Shown piece after piece: positions 37,001 through 41,146 of a DNA stretch of 41,146 nucleotides. This stretch comes from a virus (Duplodnaviria > Caudoviricetes): positions 1 to 41,146 of IMG/VR virus record IMGVR_UViG_3300037589_000052, one strand, 5' to 3'. The notes beneath the pieces were generated by a model. It saw nothing but the letters and a program-made list of their open reading frames with translations. It made no database searches and had not been told where the DNA came from. The position numbers were made by a program, and so were the translations under genes. Position 1 is the stretch's first letter; each line of letters begins with the position of its first letter.

Positions 37001-37999
37001 GAGGCGCTCAACACGCGGCTTCAAGATGCAGAGGGCAACATCACCACGCAGGCCGACGCACAGACCCAACTCACCACCCGCGTGAGTGACGCAGAGAATG
37101 CGCTCTCTGCACAGGCTCAATCGGTGCAAACGCTCACCACCACCGTGGGTGAAAACACCACGACCGTGCAAACCGTCTCGGAAAGTGTCGACGGCATGTC
37201 GGGGCGACACATGCTGCGCGTCAATTCGAACGGCGTGGCCACCGGCATGGTGATTGCGGCCGAGGCTGGCGACAACGGCGCGGTCAGCAGCACAATCGCC
37301 TTTGCGGCGGATAGCTTCTCGATTTCCCCGCCGAGTGGAGCCGGGGCGGTCTCGCCTTTTGTGTTCTACGCCACACCGCGCGTGATTGATGGCATATTGT
37401 TTCCGGCCGGGCTTTATGTTGAAAACGCTTATCTTGGCCGGGCGATGATCGGGCGCGGTCAGATCACCGACACGCTGCAAAGTGACGACTATGCAGAGAG
37501 CAACGGGCGGCCAACGCAGGGCGTAAAAATCAACTTCAAGACCGGCAAGGTAAAAACCGCCGGTCTGGTGATCAGCCGCCCCCTGCGGATCGCCCAAGGC
37601 AACTTCACCGCCACCGGCACCTATTCCCACGGCGCGCGATGGGCCTTTGTGAATACGGGCATTCGGGTGGGCAAAAATGATGTCTGGGAGGCGTCCCAGG
37701 TAGCGCTGGTTGCCTCTGCGGCTATCACCAGCGGTGCAACCGCACCATCCGGCTTTGATCCCAATAATTCCTTCTGGACCCTGAGAACGGAGATCCAGCC
37801 CGGAGCGCGTTGGAACGGGTTTGGCGGCGGCAATCCGGCTCCGGCAAATCCCTGGAGCCGCGATCCCAACGCGCTTGTCACGCCCTGGTGGTCATCGGCC
37901 ACCGACCAGCGGCTCTATCTCGCAATCTCGCTGGAGATCCTCGGCGGCGTTTATTTCATCAATCCCAAAATCGAGTGGACCGTTTTCGAGGTCACATAA
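34043..37999 (+). CDS. Tail tip/host specificity protein (gpJ-like)
   Basis: About 1318 aa; LYDPRKDS, NPMVIAY, FN3-like region, long coiled coil, FAADSF motif. Confidence 0.85.
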   Translation: MTRLCLILALVLLASPAAADPITALVSAVTTFFGGGATFAVFAQALLRSLVKAGISMLVAKLRQRKQKSPGIQSTHTTSGGTEAQATVLGRFATRGHLVYQNSVDENNKWLIHVVEFGDLPGATLNRLILDGDYTELGAAGSGGLRPIVSKTSNGTVYGYATFYDGTQTTAHLDLVNWGGALGDRPWTDDHILTGTCYAVLYFHRKDELYPGGVPKYAFELDGPPLYDPRKDSSIGGNGLHRFNLPESWEQTTNPMVIAYNVLRGITLPGGNVWGGGFPAEDLPYTEWAEAMDACDLAVAGSDRAQFEAGFEIKFEEPPADFLEELFSAANAQIVEMGGYWYPIVGSATSASAEISDDDVLVSETWQHDPFPGLESTFNAVTTTYTNPASLWEASTLDTIVMDDWVAEDGRRKLFELNLPMVFNAKQARQLANALLRENRRFRTHRLPLPGEYAHLRPLQNVNLSLQDYGYTAKTFRVTEIAYDLHTLNVSVSLRETDPADFDPDPGLELPETPLPTGPIVATDAGVVGFAVAGETIRASGGNPHAPAIRIVWEGRLSDTCTALTFQIRLQGQSDADIASTTNVAAGSYRHHPVQPDATYEVRAKAIAPRRQTTWTPWLPVKTPDVRIAPDLLDATVWDTIAQDAQATASALDADLVSEVIQPLSRDLELRTVEQRTMAEAVAMIGDQVLWAITRLSDVDGRFADAGIVQDPETGKVRIYALEQEAERISEAEIRLSAAEASIALSATEAWVRGQITEAMLDPTQIPLVEDLQLQVNEVELELDAINADLALSASQTEVDGLGARLSTAEANLDAAETAISLKAEQSQLESLQGRVQTAEVQISALDGPQLTQTVADTRYLLDADEAAAEQTLASLLQAHAEGERIRQSIAYATEDLRARITEDREAVAALSVQIGASISNAMALIEAESLARASQDEAIAEDLLALDARLSDAEGNVTAQANAQSQLTTRVSEAEGQLSAQAASVEALNTRLQDAEGNITTQADAQTQLTTRVSDAENALSAQAQSVQTLTTTVGENTTTVQTVSESVDGMSGRHMLRVNSNGVATGMVIAAEAGDNGAVSSTIAFAADSFSISPPSGAGAVSPFVFYATPRVIDGILFPAGLYVENAYLGRAMIGRGQITDTLQSDDYAESNGRPTQGVKINFKTGKVKTAGLVISRPLRIAQGNFTATGTYSHGARWAFVNTGIRVGKNDVWEASQVALVASAAITSGATAPSGFDPNNSFWTLRTEIQPGARWNGFGGGNPAPANPWSRDPNALVTPWWSSATDQRLYLAISLEILGGVYFINPKIEWTVFEVT

Positions 38000-38011
38000 G
38001 GAGGCAATCTA

Positions 38012-39952
38012 ATGGCTTGGGTTTCATCAGGCACGGTCAGCGTCACCAACGGCAGCACCACCGTCACCGGCACGGGCACCAGCTGGTTCGGCGCGATGCA
38101 GAACGGCTGGGGCTTTGTCGGCCCGGATGGGCGGGTCTATGAGATCCTGACCGTCGACAGCGCCGACACCATCACGCTCAAAACGCCCTATCAGGGGTCC
38201 ACCGCAGCGGCGCAGGCTTACGCGGTGTTTCCCACCGGATCCCATAATCTCGACCTGACCGCAGCGCTGCAGCAGCTCCTGAGCGACTATCAGGGCGTCT
38301 ATGACACCGTGGGCCAAGGGCGGTTTCCCGGCGAGGTGGTCTTTGACGCGGACCGTGACACGGGCATGGGCAACCCCTCCGCCAATGAACTCGGCCTCAA
38401 GGCGGGCGATGTGTGGCAACTGCTCTTGAAGGGCGGTCAGGCCTCGGGCGCGGCGGTGCAGGCTAGCCTGATAGACGCAACGGCAGGGAAGCTGGCCAAG
38501 GTGGGCGCGTTTGGTTGGGGCGCGACGGGCGCAGTTGATGAGATTGCCGACATTAACGCTACCAATACACCCTCCGGGGCTTGGACCTTTACAAATACCA
38601 CAGTGAACAAAGAGAGCCTGCCTGCGGCCTTTGTCGACGCCTTCGGGATCATCATCGTGCAGCGTTCGCTCTCCAACCTCCTCACCCAGACCTCGTGGAA
38701 AAACAACGGCGATGGAGGCGTATATCGGAGGCACTATTCGGGCGGTAGCTGGCTTCCGTGGATCCAATTTGCCGAGATCGACGCCAACGGACGCATGGGC
38801 CTTGGGACTGCAAGCCCGGCCCGCCCGCTGCACATCTACAGCTCTAACGATGCCTCATCTCACCGCATGAGAATTGAGAACGGGGACGGCTGGGCTGACC
38901 TGATGGCGGATGCCACGTTTTTTAAAGTGACCACAAACGCCACGGGGGGCGGTGACACGTCATTTCTGACCTATGACGGCATCAACGGGCGTCTGGGGGT
39001 GAATGCTACACCCAACGATCATCTGCACGTTCACGAGCCAACAAACGGACCAACCGTCCTGCGCCTCTCAAACAATGAGGGAAACGTGAGGATCTTGCAG
39101 GATCAGTTCGGCAATCTGACCTTTAATCAGAATGGCCACGTCGCGCATTTTTTCGACGACTATGGCCGGATCGACATTTACGGCAACAACAGCAACAACA
39201 ATCACAAGCTGGGCGTCTATACTGAGAACCTCAGCTTCGACAACAACATACAGAGGATCGTGGCAGATCGTCCGGGCGGCTCCGGGTTTGATTTTCTGTC
39301 CTGCTTTGCCAATGACGCGGTAAGCGCCGATATAGAGTTCCGCTTTAGGGGTGACGGTCAGGCCTTTGCCGATGGCTCCTGGAGCGGCGGCGGTGCGGAC
39401 TACGCAGAGTTCTTCGAGTGGTCTGATGGAAACGCAAGCGGCGAGGATCGGCGTGGCGTCTCGGTGGTTCTTGATGGGGCGATGATCCGCCCTGCGCTTT
39501 CTGGCGAAAACCCCATCGGTGTAATCTCCGCCACTCCTTCCGTAATCGGTGACGCAGACATTGATCGCTGGAAAGAGAAGTATCTGCGCGATGCGTTCGG
39601 CTCCTACATCATGGAAGACTTCGAGATTTTGGAATGGGAAGTCCTGCGCCCGACACAAGATCCTGAAACCGGCGCATTCAGCGGGCAGTTCATCACCCGG
39701 CAATACCCGGCGGATGCTGTGCCAGAAGGCATTGTCGTCCCAGCAGACGCCACCCGCACGACCTTGCAGCGGCGCACCTTGAACCCGGCATGGAACCCAG
39801 ACGAGGAATATATCCCGCGCTCTGAGCGCCCCGAATGGGCCACCGTGGGCCTCATGGGCAAGCTGCGCCTGCGCAAAGGCCAGCCGACAAGCCCAAACTG
39901 GCGTTTCATGCGGGAAATCAACGCGGACGTTGAAGAATGGTTGGTGCGGTGA
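38012..39952 (+). CDS. Tail fibre/spike with C-terminal peptidase G2-like intramolecular chaperone
   Basis: N-terminal GTVSVTNGSTTVTGTGTSW anchor; GADYAEFFEW...IGVIS..PSVIGD...YIPRSERPEWATVGLMGKL. Confidence 0.88.
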   Translation: MAWVSSGTVSVTNGSTTVTGTGTSWFGAMQNGWGFVGPDGRVYEILTVDSADTITLKTPYQGSTAAAQAYAVFPTGSHNLDLTAALQQLLSDYQGVYDTVGQGRFPGEVVFDADRDTGMGNPSANELGLKAGDVWQLLLKGGQASGAAVQASLIDATAGKLAKVGAFGWGATGAVDEIADINATNTPSGAWTFTNTTVNKESLPAAFVDAFGIIIVQRSLSNLLTQTSWKNNGDGGVYRRHYSGGSWLPWIQFAEIDANGRMGLGTASPARPLHIYSSNDASSHRMRIENGDGWADLMADATFFKVTTNATGGGDTSFLTYDGINGRLGVNATPNDHLHVHEPTNGPTVLRLSNNEGNVRILQDQFGNLTFNQNGHVAHFFDDYGRIDIYGNNSNNNHKLGVYTENLSFDNNIQRIVADRPGGSGFDFLSCFANDAVSADIEFRFRGDGQAFADGSWSGGGADYAEFFEWSDGNASGEDRRGVSVVLDGAMIRPALSGENPIGVISATPSVIGDADIDRWKEKYLRDAFGSYIMEDFEILEWEVLRPTQDPETGAFSGQFITRQYPADAVPEGIVVPADATRTTLQRRTLNPAWNPDEEYIPRSERPEWATVGLMGKLRLRKGQPTSPNWRFMREINADVEEWLVR

Positions 39953-40163
39953 TGCGCACTGAGCGCCTGATCGCTCTGGCCGACAAATGATCCATCAACA
40001 AGGGCTTAAACGCCACTTTGAATCCCTCCGCTAGCGGAGGGCAGATGGGCGCAAGCCCCCATCTACACGGGGCCAACATTCCTACACGTAACCCCGCCGA
40101 CCAGCCTTAGCTTCATGGCCGCCTCCTGTCCTCGAGGACGGCGCTTTCATGGAGTGATTCCAT

Positions 40164-40367
40164 TTGCAACTACAAGAGCAACGTTGTGGCGCATGTCGCA
40201 AACTGCTATTCAAAATCGAGCCCGGCGCATTGGTCGGGGTGCTGTCAATCAAGTGCCCCCGGTGCCGGTCTCACATAGAACTGAGGCCCTTGAGCCCTTC
40301 ACCAGAACGCCCGGAGCGTGATGGAAAGGACGCAAAGTGTGGCTCTTTGTTCCCCCGAAAAACATGA
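40164..40367 (+). CDS. com: Com-family zinc-finger translational regulator
   Basis: RCGACRKLLFK...IKCPRCR closely parallels Mu Com; GGAG RBS before TTG; located near the right end before a DNA-modification gene. Confidence 0.85.
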   Translation: MQLQEQRCGACRKLLFKIEPGALVGVLSIKCPRCRSHIELRPLSPSPERPERDGKDAKCGSLFPRKT

Positions 40368-41146
40368 AGACGTTCGCGGCCTCAGCCTTTGCGCCGGTGT
40401 CGCAGGACTTGATCTTGGCCTTCACCTCGCAGAACCCGGATACCGAGCTGTGTGTTATGTCGAACGAAACAGTTTCACCGCAGCCGCTCTCGTGGCGCGG
40501 ATGGCGGACACGTCCCTGGATCCGGCTCCTATTTGGGACGATCTCAAATCCTTCGATGGCAAACCGTGGCGTGGCCGCATTCATCTCGTCTCTGCCGGTT
40601 ATCCCTGCCAGCCCTTCACACTCAGCGGCTCCCGCAAGGGGGAAGACGACCCCAGGCACCTCTGGCCAGACGTCGCCCGCATCGTCGAAGAGGTGCAGCC
40701 TGAGTGGTGCTTCTTTGAAAACGTGCCAGGGCATCTCACCCTTGGCCTCCAGGACGTCACCCGAGATCTTCAGGCAATGGGCTTCCGGGTTGCAGCGCGC
40801 GTCGTATCAGCGGCGGAAGTCGGCGGGACGCATACCCGTGAAAGGCTGTTCATTCTGGCCCACGCCGACGTTCAAGCCCGGAGGCAATCGCGCCTGCATC
40901 GCCGGGGGACCGGAGGGGATCCAGTTCAAGACCGATCAGAACCAGACCGGCTCGCAGATCGGGATCAAGACCGCCGCGACCGCCTAGACGCTCATGTGGG
41001 AGTTGATGATGGCGGCGGGTTGGCCCCCTCAGCGGTTCCGGTCTTCCCACCGCTTCCGGGTGATTTTGCTGAATGGGGAGAAATACTCGGATCATCCCCT
41101 CACCTTAAACCCTGCCTTCACGGACTGGATGATGGGGTGGCCTTCG
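40321..41146 (+). CDS. C5-cytosine DNA methyltransferase, main (alpha) frame; continues across the origin to 191 (304 aa; absent from the ORF track)
   Basis: Manual translation gives motif I SLCAGVAG, motif IV AGYPCQPF, motif VI FFENV, motif VIII HTRERLFI and motif X GNGVVP. Confidence 0.9.
   Translation, partial: MERTQSVALCSPEKHEDVRGLSLCAGVAGLDLGLHLAEPGYRAVCYVERNSFTAAALVARMADTSLDPAPIWDDLKSFDGKPWRGRIHLVSAGYPCQPFTLSGSRKGEDDPRHLWPDVARIVEEVQPEWCFFENVPGHLTLGLQDVTRDLQAMGFRVAARVVSAAEVGGTHTRERLFILAHADVQARRQSRLHRRGTGGDPVQDRSEPDRLADRDQDRRDRLDAHVGVDDGGGLAPSAVPVFPPLPGDFAEWGEILGSSPHLKPCLHGLDDGVAF
40337..41146 (+). pseudogene. Overlapping +1-frame methyltransferase beta-like subunit, interrupted by TAG at 40985-40987; continues across the origin to 174
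   Basis: 216 open codons including WPTP, a single TAG, then TLMWELMM...LNPAFTDWMMGWPSGWT (motif IX-like) to TGA 172-174. Confidence 0.65.

Larger units (their letters stand above)
327..41146. mobile_element. Complete Mu-like transposable siphophage genome (continues across the origin to 321; about 41.0 kb)
   Basis: TG...CA inverted ends, c/ner, MuA/MuB, Mu-type head genes, sipho tail and com, in Mu order. Confidence 0.92.

Noticed and set aside
36880-37140. Internal repeats in the tail tip gene as DGR template/variable repeats
   Set aside because: They are in-frame 21-aa coiled-coil repeats, and there is no reverse transcriptase in the genome.
40249-40734. 161-aa minus-strand ORF over com/methyltransferase
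   Set aside because: Antisense shadow of a region already constrained in two or three plus-strand frames; no RBS or motif.
40985-40987. Genome-wide amber recoding
   Set aside because: Several clear genes end properly in TAG (repressor, 17443, 22882, 33052), and no tRNA or release factor is encoded.
41045-41146. 102-bp direct terminal repeat as a biological phage DTR
   Set aside because: It lies mid-gene in the methyltransferase and the real ends are at 321/327; it is best explained as assembler circular overlap.

Overview
The window is one complete, circularly permuted Mu-like (transposable) phage genome with a non-contractile (sipho-type) tail, most likely from an alphaproteobacterial (Rhodobacteraceae-like) host; the host call is inferred from gene content and GC richness. 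Bases 1-102 are identical to 41045-41146, so the contig closes into a 41,044-bp circle. The right end (...GCTACA, 321) and left end (TGTGAG..., 327) are imperfect inverted repeats and are joined by only 5 bp (AACAG). From the left end the order is: about 6 kb of host-like cargo (FMN-binding protein, Tat-exported metallo-beta-lactamase-fold hydrolase, LysR regulator, orphan sensor kinase); repressor/ner switch; ParB-like gene; transposases A and B; semi-essential genes; Mor/C-type activator; lysis; terminase, portal, gpF, gpG; protease/scaffold; capsid; tail with a -1 frameshift chaperone; tail fibre; com; and a C5 DNA methyltransferase that wraps across the origin. The main candidates for novelty are: (1) a MuF protein with a C-terminal BECR-like nuclease extension followed by a compact pseudoknotted ~100-nt RNA element where an immunity gene would be expected; (2) a com-linked C5 methyltransferase split over two overlapping reading frames, with an amber stop in the motif-IX frame; (3) the end-to-end junction with a TSD-sized spacer; (4) the large cargo inside the left end, with degenerate repeat clusters flanking its first module. 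Product calls come from motif recognition and Mu synteny, not from database searches.
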